Source: a virus (lineage: Duplodnaviria; Caudoviricetes). Taken from it: a stretch of DNA of 35,072 nucleotides. Each line of letters begins with the position of its first letter. The stretch's first letter is position 1. A model generated the notes under the pieces. The model was not told the origin of the DNA and ran no database searches. It was given only the letters and a program-made list of their open reading frames with translations. The position numbers were made by a program, and so were the translations under genes. Positions 1 to 6,999 of the stretch are shown here, piece after piece. The stretch lies in IMG/VR virus record IMGVR_UViG_3300005512_000142, positions 1 to 35,072 of that record. The stretch is one strand, 5' to 3'.

Positions 1-80
1 ATTAAGGGAACTATATCCCTCAGGTAGTCTCTGAACCTTTCTTGAGTGTACTCAAGACTTGGATGCTGATTGCCGTATTA

Positions 81-698
81 CTAAACTTTTTTACAAGACC
101 AACCATAAGCATTTTCTCTTTCACCTTTTAGAAGAGGTGTGACTCTCTTGAAGTTTTGATTGGGAACTATTTTTTGTAGTTCTTCTAAAACTTCTCCACC
201 AGTTTCACAGTTTATTATACAAACTGTTTCAACTTTGTTATAAGAGAAAATATACTTATCAGTAGAAGTGATAGCAACATTTTTGTTCCTATTTTTACCT
301 CCTACTTTACCGCCAATACTTCTCATTTTCATAGCATACTCAGACTTTACAGAACGAGCAGACATTTCTTTTTGATAATCAGAACTCCAAAAGTTTTTCT
401 TGGATAATCTTAGTGCTTCGTGTGTTTTATAAGCACCTTCAACTCTAAGAAGTCTCCAACCTTCATCATCAAAACCACACATCAAGTTATATGCTGCTAA
501 GTCATAAACTTGACCGTATACATCGTACCTTATTTTATGTGCGAGTATGTGGTCGTCAAAAGATAATGAAATAATGTTTTCTGGATTATCAAGACCACCA
601 TCGTGTTTTGGGACAATATGGTGTTCTTCAAGATAAGTATTGGGAGGATATGTTTTTGATTTACATTCCTCAATAAAAGATAAGTACTGGTTAGTCAT
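81..698 (-). CDS. Intron-encoded HNH homing endonuclease (205 aa from ATG 698)
   Basis: EEHHIVPKHDGGLDNPENIISLSFDDHILAH HNH motif; basic C-terminal region; AT-rich; late promoter just upstream. Confidence 0.9.
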   Translation of the reverse strand: MTNQYLSFIEECKSKTYPPNTYLEEHHIVPKHDGGLDNPENIISLSFDDHILAHKIRYDVYGQVYDLAAYNLMCGFDDEGWRLLRVEGAYKTHEALRLSKKNFWSSDYQKEMSARSVKSEYAMKMRSIGGKVGGKNRNKNVAITSTDKYIFSYNKVETVCIINCETGGEVLEELQKIVPNQNFKRVTPLLKGERENAYGWSCKKV

Positions 699-718
699 AA
701 AGTCTATGTTACCAGAGT

Positions 719-726
719 TATTTATA
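719..726 (-). promoter_or_regulatory. T4-type late promoter TATAAATA for the intron HNH gene
   Basis: Exact TATAAATA ending 20 nt upstream of ATG 698. Confidence 0.8.
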
Positions 727-813
727 TAAGTCAAGTAACATTTTAGTAACTTAGGGTTCCAGCAGTTCACCCGATTTTCACTTGCTGATTACTCAACAAG
801 GGCACAGTTCCCT

Positions 814-910
814 ATGCATTGCGGAGAAAAGACTTCCTCCAAAAACACCCGCCACGCCCATCATATGAAAAGGGTGCATCAGAATGTTGTGTTCTGCCTG
901 GAATACCAAC
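814..910 (-). CDS. psbA: Photosystem II D1 protein, exon 2 (97 nt; not in the ORF track)
   Basis: One G plus 32 codons [32 protein letters not shown], equal to D1 residues about 184-215. Confidence 0.97.
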
Positions 911-1141
911 CATTAGGCAGAACGGGAACCTATGTTTCCATAGGGATTGGACTATATCATCAATCTATTTTATTAGATTGTCGGGCGCTAATCTGGTATT
1001 ACTCAACACGCTTGTTGAACCCAGTAGTCTCTGAACCTTCCACAGAAGTATCGTCTGTGGCTTGGATGCTGATTGCCATATTCATAAAGAACTTAGGTTT
1101 CCAGCAGTTCACCCGATTTATACTACACATTGGTTTAGTTT
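911..1141 (-). ncRNA. Group I intron 1 in psbA (231 nt, no ORF, IA-like)
   Basis: P1 ACUACAU/GUGUAGU with U.G at the 5' splice site; P3 UCGGGUG/CGCCCGA; P AACUGCUGGAA; Q AAUCAGCAUCC; R UCAGAGACUA; S GAUAUAGUCC; terminal G at 911. P10 ACCAAU pairs with 3' exon GUUGGU. Splicing restores TAC AT|G TTG GTA (Y-M-L-V). Confidence 0.95.
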
Positions 1142-1692
1142 ATGTAGTTAAATGTTCCTGAGATGCCAAGAGGCATACCATCAGAGAAAGAACCTTGACC
1201 AAAAGGATAGACCAGGAAGACTGCGGATGCTGCTGCAACAGGTGCAGAGTATGCAACGCAGATCCAGGGGCGCATACCAAGACGGTAAGAGAGTTCCCAC
1301 TCACGTCCCATGTAGCAGAAAACGCCAATCAGGAAGTGGAAGACGACCAGTTGATAGGGACCGCCGTTGTACAGCCATTCATCAAGAGATGCGGCTTCCC
1401 AGATGGGGTAGAAGTGAAGACCAATTGCGTTGGAAGAAGGAACAACTGCACCAGAGATGATGTTGTTACCATACATGAGTGAACCAGCGACGGGTTCACG
1501 GATTCCATCGATGTCCACAGGGGGAGCAGCGATGAAGGCCACGATGAAGCAGATAGTTGCTGCCAACAGAGTTGGAATCATCAGAACGCCGAACCAACCG
1601 ACATAGAGGCGGTTATTGGTAGAAGTTACCCACTCGCAGAAGTTTTCCCAAGTGGATGCGCCTTGTTGGCGCGAAAGAGTAGTTTGAGCCAT
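1142..1692 (-). CDS. psbA: Photosystem II D1 protein, exon 1
   Basis: Clear D1 sequence ([17 protein letters not shown]...[14 protein letters not shown]). Homology stops at AT of the Met codon equivalent to M183. Confidence 0.98.
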
Positions 1693-1699
1693 TGTATTT

Positions 1700-1812
1700 G
1701 AACTAAAAAAGTAAGACCATCAGGGAAATGGTGGAGTTACTATTTCCTGTCACCCTTAGACAGGATATGAGAGACGTGCTTTAGACACCCTATAGGTCTC
1801 GGTTTGGGGTGT
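1700..1812 (-). ncRNA. Structured psbA 5' leader, PhotoRC-II-like motif
   Basis: Stems GAGAC/GUCUC, UCCUGUC/GACAGGA and ACCAU/AUGGU; loops AGGG and CCCU are complementary (possible pseudoknot). Family name is from recall, not from a covariance search. Confidence 0.7.
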
Positions 1813-1852
1813 GATCCAACGGTGAAGAAATGTAAACTTCGTGTCGTTGATG

Positions 1853-1886
1853 TATTTATAATACACGGTTTTCCGCACCTCGTCAA
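1853..1886 (-). promoter_or_regulatory. psbA composite promoter: sigma70-like TTGACG-N17-TATTAT overlapping late TATAAATA
   Basis: -35 at 1881-1886, -10 at 1858-1863, TATAAATA at 1853-1860. Confidence 0.85.
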
Positions 1887-1990
1887 CCCTCGTGTGCCAC
1901 CTCTGAAAGTGGTTGGTATACCTGCGAACATTGTGTCCCCATCTGGGGACGCTTTTGCTAAATAGCAGTATAGTTTGATTTGTGTAAGAA

Positions 1991-2494
1991 ATGAAAAAGG
2001 TATTCATTGCTTTGGCAATGTTTATGATGGCATCACCAGCGTATGCAGGTGGACTAGTGACCAAACACGCTTCCAGCACTCAACTGACTGTTGATGCTGC
2101 TCGGTCTGTTGCTTCCAGAATCGGACACACCTTCACCACTTCTGGCAGTGGCGTAAGCACCACTGATGGCACCACTTCGGGTGTTGTTGGTAACGGTGTG
2201 CTGATGACCAGCGATGGTTTTACTGGTGCTTCCAGTGTCGTCACTGCTTCTCAGGCAACCTCTGGCAATGCATTCTCTTACAGTGCTTCATATACTCAGG
2301 GCGATGCTATCCCTGCCTCTGCTGCTACCGTAGGTGATATTCCTAACTTCGGTTCGGTTACTTCTTACACTGCTGGCACTGCTGGTTCTCTGGCAGGCAC
2401 AATCACAAGTGGTCATGCTATTACTCTGACTGCTGGTGGTGCTGGCACTTCGGCAACAGGACAATTCGTTTCTGAGATCACTGTTATTGACTGA
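1991..2494 (+). CDS. Secreted Gly/Ser/Thr-rich beta protein, unknown function
   Basis: Sec signal MKKVFIALAMFMMASPAYA; strongly biased codon usage; GCTAAATA late-like motif upstream. Confidence 0.85.
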   Translation: MKKVFIALAMFMMASPAYAGGLVTKHASSTQLTVDAARSVASRIGHTFTTSGSGVSTTDGTTSGVVGNGVLMTSDGFTGASSVVTASQATSGNAFSYSASYTQGDAIPASAATVGDIPNFGSVTSYTAGTAGSLAGTITSGHAITLTAGGAGTSATGQFVSEITVID

Positions 2495-2506
2495 GGTTAA
2501 ATAGTC

Positions 2507-2944
2507 ATGACCAGATTACAAGAAGCAATCGGTCTTGGATTGATTCTTGGTGCCTTACATGGGGCTGCAGCGTCCGCAGTCCCCGTGGTTCCAAATTTCA
2601 CTCAGGGTTCGATGACGAGCCATACAGAGACCACGCAAAGTATTACTGAAACCATCAACTCGATGGACTACAGCACTGGATATCAATACTCTGCAACTGG
2701 GAGTGGTATTACAGCGTCAGGTAATCTTTCACCTGGCACGGGTACTAATAACGTAACTATTAACGGGGTGACCTCATCATGGACAGGAATAACAAACAAA
2801 CCATCTTTCACACAAACGACGCCAGGGGCAGCGTTCCAGTTCAGCGAAACCTACTCAGGTCCTGGTTTACAAAATCATACGATTATCCAGAGAACCACCG
2901 AGGTTACAAGCGTAACCGACACTACAAGTATCTTCCAGCAGTAA
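2507..2944 (+). CDS. Secreted Thr-rich beta protein, unknown function
   Basis: GAGG ribosome-binding site; signal peptide ending ASA; shares a central motif with the preceding gene. Confidence 0.85.
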   Translation: MTRLQEAIGLGLILGALHGAAASAVPVVPNFTQGSMTSHTETTQSITETINSMDYSTGYQYSATGSGITASGNLSPGTGTNNVTINGVTSSWTGITNKPSFTQTTPGAAFQFSETYSGPGLQNHTIIQRTTEVTSVTDTTSIFQQ

Positions 2945-3777
2945 TCGCTCTGCTATTTGCAACACCAGTCAATGCAGAAACAGTAGGTGGTGTTAGTGCA
3001 ACAGCAGCTCCAGTGGCGAATAGCTCAGGCTCGGTGACCAACCAGGCGATCCAGGTATTACAAGGCCCTTACATCACTAATACTTACGGGGGCGGAATAC
3101 AGTGTCAGGGTCCTACTGTCAATTTTACCCCATATGTAACTGGAGCGTTTAGTCAACAACATCCATTTGAATCATATTATGATACTCCTGTCTATGATAT
3201 GACTACCGATGATGATGGAAACTTAAACAATCCAGGAGATATTTTATACTATGTTCCTACAAGAACTGGACAAAAAAATAACACTAATCTTTCAGTAGGT
3301 TTTAGTGCTACTTGGTCTCGTCCATTAGATAGGAAGTTACAAGACCAATGTAAACAAGCGGCGGCGACACAGATTGCATTACAGCAACAGTTGACTGCCA
3401 ATAAAAGATTAGATTTTGAGATCGCGAGACTCAAGAATTGTGGGGAATTGAAACTCCGTGGAATTCAGTTTCACCCCAAGAGCCCTTATTATTCCGTATG
3501 TGCTGATGTCGTAGTGAATAATCCACCAGGACATACACATCCACACGTTCATGCTATCCCTTCCGTTTCTTCTTCCTCGGAAACACAGAGCGAAGTTCCT
3601 TCACAGCGTGATTCATCTGACGCTGCTCTGCTCGGCGCTCCCCTTGGGACAAGACTGGGGGTTTCTTCCCCCTTATCGCGGCAATCTTCTTCATTACCTT
3701 CTTCACAGCAGGTTTCACCGCTTTTAACAAAAGATCAGCAAGAGGTTTTGCAAGCAGTGCCGAAGTTGTCGCAATAA
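2779..3777 (+). CDS. Exported protein with four Cys, amphipathic strands and a long helix; start uncertain
   Basis: 332-aa ORF; signal-like KYLPAVIALLFATPVNA begins about 50 residues in; overlaps both neighbours. Confidence 0.8.
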   Translation: MDRNNKQTIFHTNDARGSVPVQRNLLRSWFTKSYDYPENHRGYKRNRHYKYLPAVIALLFATPVNAETVGGVSATAAPVANSSGSVTNQAIQVLQGPYITNTYGGGIQCQGPTVNFTPYVTGAFSQQHPFESYYDTPVYDMTTDDDGNLNNPGDILYYVPTRTGQKNNTNLSVGFSATWSRPLDRKLQDQCKQAAATQIALQQQLTANKRLDFEIARLKNCGELKLRGIQFHPKSPYYSVCADVVVNNPPGHTHPHVHAIPSVSSSSETQSEVPSQRDSSDAALLGAPLGTRLGVSSPLSRQSSSLPSSQQVSPLLTKDQQEVLQAVPKLSQ

Positions 3778-4360
3778 CAGCAACACCTCCCACCTGTACA
3801 ACCTGTCCACCACTAGGAAGTCCCGCTACTATTTGTGTAGGTAGTGGGACTTTTTCTGTTATCTGTACACAAGTGTTGTCAATCAGTTCATAACCAACAA
3901 CCTTTTTTCTAAATCCTTCTACAAAAGATCCAACAGGTTCCTGTGCCTTCTGTACCTTAGTGGGACATTCTATCTGAGCAGTAGCGGCAGGTGTCTTAGG
4001 AACCTCTGGTGTCTCAGGAACTTCAGGAGTCTCTGGAGGGTTTACTTTTGGAACTTCTTCAGGTTTAGTAAAAACCAAGTTCTCTGGAGAATAATCTATT
4101 GGATTGAATGATGGCATATTACCATCACAAAATACCTGAGTTCCCTTAGGATCATCCTCTTCCAACATATTATTATCATCAACCTCATGCGCCTCAACGC
4201 ATCCAGGAATGTCAATCAAAGGCACCCCAACATTCACCACTACAGGTGGAGCTGGTGGCAGTGCCACTGAAGGTGCGGAAAGAACCTGATTAATATTCAG
4301 ATCCTTTATTTGGATAGGATTAATTTGGTTATTACTGATTTTAATATCAGGTATTTCCAT
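3554..4360 (-). CDS. Pro-rich protein with a C-terminal hydrophobic segment and basic tail
   Basis: 268-aa ORF; PETPEV repeats; two Cys pairs; VVQVGGVAVIATTSALLA segment. Confidence 0.85.
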   Translation of the reverse strand: MEIPDIKISNNQINPIQIKDLNINQVLSAPSVALPPAPPVVVNVGVPLIDIPGCVEAHEVDDNNMLEEDDPKGTQVFCDGNMPSFNPIDYSPENLVFTKPEEVPKVNPPETPEVPETPEVPKTPAATAQIECPTKVQKAQEPVGSFVEGFRKKVVGYELIDNTCVQITEKVPLPTQIVAGLPSGGQVVQVGGVAVIATTSALLAKPLADLLLKAVKPAVKKVMKKIAAIRGKKPPVLSQGERRAEQRQMNHAVKELRSVFPRKKKRKG

Positions 4361-4473
4361 TAATCTTCAAAGATTTTAAAAACTGAAGTCCAAAGAGAAT
4401 GAAAGAACACATAGAGGAAGAAAGTTTGGGATGCTTCTTTCTTCACTCTATTCTTGTATGTAGATTGTGCCAT
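4360..4473 (-). CDS. Small hypothetical protein (37 aa)
   Basis: MAQSTYKNRVKKEASQTFFLYVFFHSLWTSVFKIFED; TAATG coupling to the next gene. Confidence 0.6.
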   Translation of the reverse strand: MAQSTYKNRVKKEASQTFFLYVFFHSLWTSVFKIFED

Positions 4474-4521
4474 AATGAACCATTAAAATAATATGATTAT
4501 TTAACCAAACTCATCGAGTTC

Positions 4522-4803
4522 TCAGAAAGAGGGAATCGCGGGTCCAGTTACAGCAGGAGCACCGCCACCTGCGCCAGAAGGAGCAGGGAGGGCACCACCA
4601 GTCATACTAGGTAGTTCGGGCATGGCAGATTCCAACATTCCAGGCAGAGCGCCTGTGATCGCCTCTGTAGCGTGTTTGGTGACTTGTTCCTTAACACCAT
4701 CAATGATGGCATCTCTTTGGAGATACACATAAGTTCCACCACCTACGATGCCTGCGACACCAGCGAATGATAGAAGTGCTAATACGTTAATGATTTTTTG
4801 CAT
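4522..4803 (-). CDS. Hypothetical protein with N-terminal membrane anchor and Pro/Gly-rich tail
   Basis: 93-aa ORF with a hydrophobic N-terminus. Confidence 0.85.
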   Translation of the reverse strand: MQKIINVLALLSFAGVAGIVGGGTYVYLQRDAIIDGVKEQVTKHATEAITGALPGMLESAMPELPSMTGGALPAPSGAGGGAPAVTGPAIPSF

Positions 4804-4805
4804 GA

Positions 4806-5243
4806 TTACATTTTGTAAGTGTCATCTGATTTTGGAGGTGCCTGTGTCAGTTGCATAGGTCCCTGTTCGATTCTGATTGTTTGAGCTGGAGCAGTTTGTG
4901 CCGCCTTTTCAATCAGTCTTTCCATATCAGCTTTGCTGATACCTCCACCACCATTTCCATTTTTTTCGCCATTTTTCTTGGCGGTCTGGACCCCGAACGT
5001 AGCTAAAACCCCAGTAAAAACGGAGGCTATGAAAGTCGGATCGAGCTTCTGTTCTGGAATACCCAGAGCAGGTGGTAACTTAATGTACGCGAGAGTTAAA
5101 ATACCACCAGACCATACTAAAATTCCCAAGCGCACAAAAGTAGAGAGGATAGCAAGTTGCTCGTCGGCATCATCGATTTTATCTTTGATTTTACCGATAG
5201 GACCCTTCTTTTTAGGGTCATCCTTTTTTACTTCTTCTGGCAT
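4806..5243 (-). CDS. Two-TM membrane protein
   Basis: Start MPEEVKK; hydrophobic segments FVRLGILVWSGGILTLAYI and FIASVFTGVLATFGV. Confidence 0.85.
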   Translation of the reverse strand: MPEEVKKDDPKKKGPIGKIKDKIDDADEQLAILSTFVRLGILVWSGGILTLAYIKLPPALGIPEQKLDPTFIASVFTGVLATFGVQTAKKNGEKNGNGGGGISKADMERLIEKAAQTAPAQTIRIEQGPMQLTQAPPKSDDTYKM

Positions 5244-5269
5244 TTTGGAGAGGCATAGGATCAACTTAT

Positions 5270-5434
5270 TTATCCAAAGTAGTTTGTAACCTGCCTTGCC
5301 ATACGATCCCGAAGATCATTTATCTTCTTATCATCATACTGTTGAAAGTTTCCTTTCTTCTCCACTTTTTTATAATAATGAAGTGCATTGAGGATGATTG
5401 TGTAATCCTCCATAGTCAAATCAAATTCAAGCAT
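5270..5434 (-). CDS. Small hypothetical protein (54 aa)
   Basis: MLEFDLTMEDYTIILNALHYY...VTNYFG fills the gap between flanking genes. Confidence 0.65.
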   Translation of the reverse strand: MLEFDLTMEDYTIILNALHYYKKVEKKGNFQQYDDKKINDLRDRMARQVTNYFG

Positions 5435-5436
5435 GA

Positions 5437-5898
5437 TTATTCTACCAATGTACCGTGTGCTCTACGAATCTCTCTAAGTTCTTCAAAGTTCTTTTGCTTG
5501 GTGCCACCATCATATGCCCAAGCGTAACCCTCTTCAATCATTGCTTCGTTAAGGGACACATCTGCATCCCCAATGTATAACCAGCCAAGAAGACGCCCAT
5601 ACTTCCCAACACCGCCGACAAGTTCAGTACGGATAACAAGATCATCATCACCAGCCACCGCTCCTTCCAGTTTCTCTTTGAGCCAGTTGGTTGCGTCCTT
5701 TCCAAGTTCCTTCTCCTCTAGGTCTCGGGTTCTCTTCTCTGGAGTATCTACGCCTGCGACTCTAACTCTTTCTTTTTTGAAAAGATCAAATCCAAGATCA
5801 ATAGTGACATCAATCGTGTCACCATCAAGGACTCTATTGATCTCAACTACGCGGAAGTTGTAACACGACTTCCTGTTGGGGGGAACCATTGCGCCCAT
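5437..5898 (-). CDS. Thermonuclease (SNase-fold) family nuclease
   Basis: RVLDGDTI, RVRVAGVDTPE, GKYGRLLG and LNEAMIEEGYA motifs. Confidence 0.9.
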   Translation of the reverse strand: MGAMVPPNRKSCYNFRVVEINRVLDGDTIDVTIDLGFDLFKKERVRVAGVDTPEKRTRDLEEKELGKDATNWLKEKLEGAVAGDDDLVIRTELVGGVGKYGRLLGWLYIGDADVSLNEAMIEEGYAWAYDGGTKQKNFEELREIRRAHGTLVE

Positions 5899-6232
5899 GA
5901 TTGATCTCCTGTGATTCTACTGATACTGCAATTCCTATGATTGTTGTTGCTGCAGCGATGATTGCTCCAGCACCTGCAATCCACATTTCTGCTTTACGGA
6001 TTCTTCCACGCAACTCATCATCAAGTGCTTTGAGTTTTTCCTCAGTCTTATCTATACGACTGTGAACCATCTCAATACGACGAATGGCATTCTCTAGAGT
6101 GCTATCAATAACAGAAACACTTGAAGTTTCTGATTCGAGAGCATGAATTCTTTCACGATAACTTTCAATCTTGCTTTCTAATACTGCAAGTTTGGAATCT
6201 TGTTCAGCATCCTTATTTGTGAGGTCGCTCAT
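5843..6232 (-). CDS. Coiled-coil protein with C-terminal TM segment
   Basis: Heptad-rich body followed by WIAGAGAIIAAATTIIGIAV; likely start MSDLTNK. Confidence 0.75.
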   Translation of the reverse strand: MSDLTNKDAEQDSKLAVLESKIESYRERIHALESETSSVSVIDSTLENAIRRIEMVHSRIDKTEEKLKALDDELRGRIRKAEMWIAGAGAIIAAATTIIGIAVSVESQEINHGRNGSPQQEVVLQLPRS

Positions 6233-6368
6233 CTTCCAATTCCTCAAAAGCAAGTTTCATAATTGTATATATGTAGTAAGTAACCCCAGCAAGAAGTATC
6301 AGTAAGGAAATAACAATACTCCAAGTTACATCATTGACATCATTCAGTGGTCTCAGTATCAGGTTCAT
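6213..6368 (-). CDS. Small single-TM protein (51 aa)
   Basis: MNLILRPLNDVNDVTWSIVISLLILLAGVTYYIYTIMKLAFEELEDERPHK; GAGG upstream. Confidence 0.65.
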   Translation of the reverse strand: MNLILRPLNDVNDVTWSIVISLLILLAGVTYYIYTIMKLAFEELEDERPHK

Positions 6369-6468
6369 TTTCCTCTACAAAATCTTCTGGATACCATTTT
6401 CCAAACTTCTCAGGAGAATACCAAAAGTCCTCCCAATCTTTTTGTGTTGTTTCAGTCTGAATATTCAT
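6340..6468 (-). CDS. Small acidic protein (42 aa)
   Basis: MNIQTETTQKDWEDFWYSPEKFGKWYPEDF...; tiles with neighbours. Confidence 0.55.
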   Translation of the reverse strand: MNIQTETTQKDWEDFWYSPEKFGKWYPEDFVEENEPDTETTE

Positions 6469-6616
6469 TGAGATCATCCAATACTTGGTTTAAAGCGTGA
6501 TCGTATCCTTCACACCAGTCATATGATTGATGGTCATATCTCCCTTCCCCAAGTTCTTTCTTTTTCTTGAGAACTCTTGCAAGAATATCAACCTTGAGCA
6601 ATCTTCCTCTTGGCAT
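6452..6616 (-). CDS. Small hypothetical protein (54 aa)
   Basis: MPRGRLLKVDILARVLKKKKELGEG...LNEYSD. Confidence 0.65.
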   Translation of the reverse strand: MPRGRLLKVDILARVLKKKKELGEGRYDHQSYDWCEGYDHALNQVLDDLNEYSD

Positions 6617-6619
6617 AAT

Positions 6620-6654
6620 AAAAAAATACTCTGCCCTATTTAGAGCAGAGTATT
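6620..6654 (-). terminator. Intrinsic terminator with CTAAATA in its loop region
   Basis: AATACTCTGC...GCAGAGTATT inverted repeat followed by a T-tract on the minus strand. Confidence 0.7.
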
Positions 6655-6658
6655 GAGA

Positions 6659-6784
6659 TCAAATAGGATTGTGTGCGGGAATCATCATTCCACCACCAAA
6701 ATCGTCATCATCATCCACATCTCTATCACTCAATACGGATATCAATATAAATCCGCCTAGTAATGAGAGGGAAAAGATTAACAT
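6659..6784 (-). CDS. Small TM protein with poly-Asp-GGGMM tail (41 aa)
   Basis: MLIFSLSLLGGFILISVLSDRDVDDDDDFGGGMMIPAHNPI. Confidence 0.7.
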   Translation of the reverse strand: MLIFSLSLLGGFILISVLSDRDVDDDDDFGGGMMIPAHNPI

Positions 6785-6789
6785 ATCGA

Positions 6790-6897
6790 TCACCATACGC
6801 CAGGAATGATTTGTCCCGTAGCGGCATATGAACCCATTGCAGCAACAACACCGATCATTGCTGCCCAACCGTTAATACGTTCTGCTTTTTCGTTCAT
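6790..6897 (-). CDS. hli: High-light-inducible protein (35 aa; not in the ORF track)
   Basis: MNEKAERINGWAAMIGVVAAMGSYAATGQIIPGVW has the AExxNGxxAMIG and TGQIIPG motifs. Confidence 0.95.
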   Translation of the reverse strand: MNEKAERINGWAAMIGVVAAMGSYAATGQIIPGVW

Positions 6898-6995
6898 TGT
6901 TTTTCCTCTAATGTTTTGTTTGTAATAACAACTCTACCGTTGCCTTTAAGATAAAAGAAGGCAATAGCGGTGATTGTGAAAACTGATTCTGCCAT
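6894..6995 (-). CDS. Small hypothetical protein (33 aa)
   Basis: MAESVFTITAIAFFYLKGNGRVVITNKTLEEKQ; ATGA overlap with hli. Confidence 0.45.
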   Translation of the reverse strand: MAESVFTITAIAFFYLKGNGRVVITNKTLEEKQ

Positions 6996-6999
6996 TTTG

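Larger units (their letters stand above)
1..813 (-). mobile_element. Group I intron 2 in psbA with an HNH ORF inserted between P and Q; 3' end lies outside the window
   Basis: P1 GCAU|AG-GGAA-CU-GUGC with U.G splice pair. Core motifs AAUCGGGUGAACUGCUGGAA (about 759-778), GGCAAUCAGCAUCCAAG (58-74) and AAGGUUCAGAGACUAC (24-39) match intron 1. GGAACU could pair with the expected next exon GGUUC (Gly-Ser). Confidence 0.93.

Noticed and set aside
699-770. N-terminal 24 codons of the 229-aa ORF
   Set aside because: They overlap the ribozyme P element and the late promoter; ATG 698 is the plausible start.
814-1482. Plus-strand ORFs over psbA and intron 1
   Set aside because: Antisense shadows with no recognisable motifs.
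1135-1692. psbA as a truncated 185-aa pseudogene
   Set aside because: The stop lies inside intron 1; splicing restores the frame into exon 2.
3995-4065. PETPEV repeats as a DNA repeat element
   Set aside because: Degenerate at the DNA level; an ordinary Pro-rich linker.
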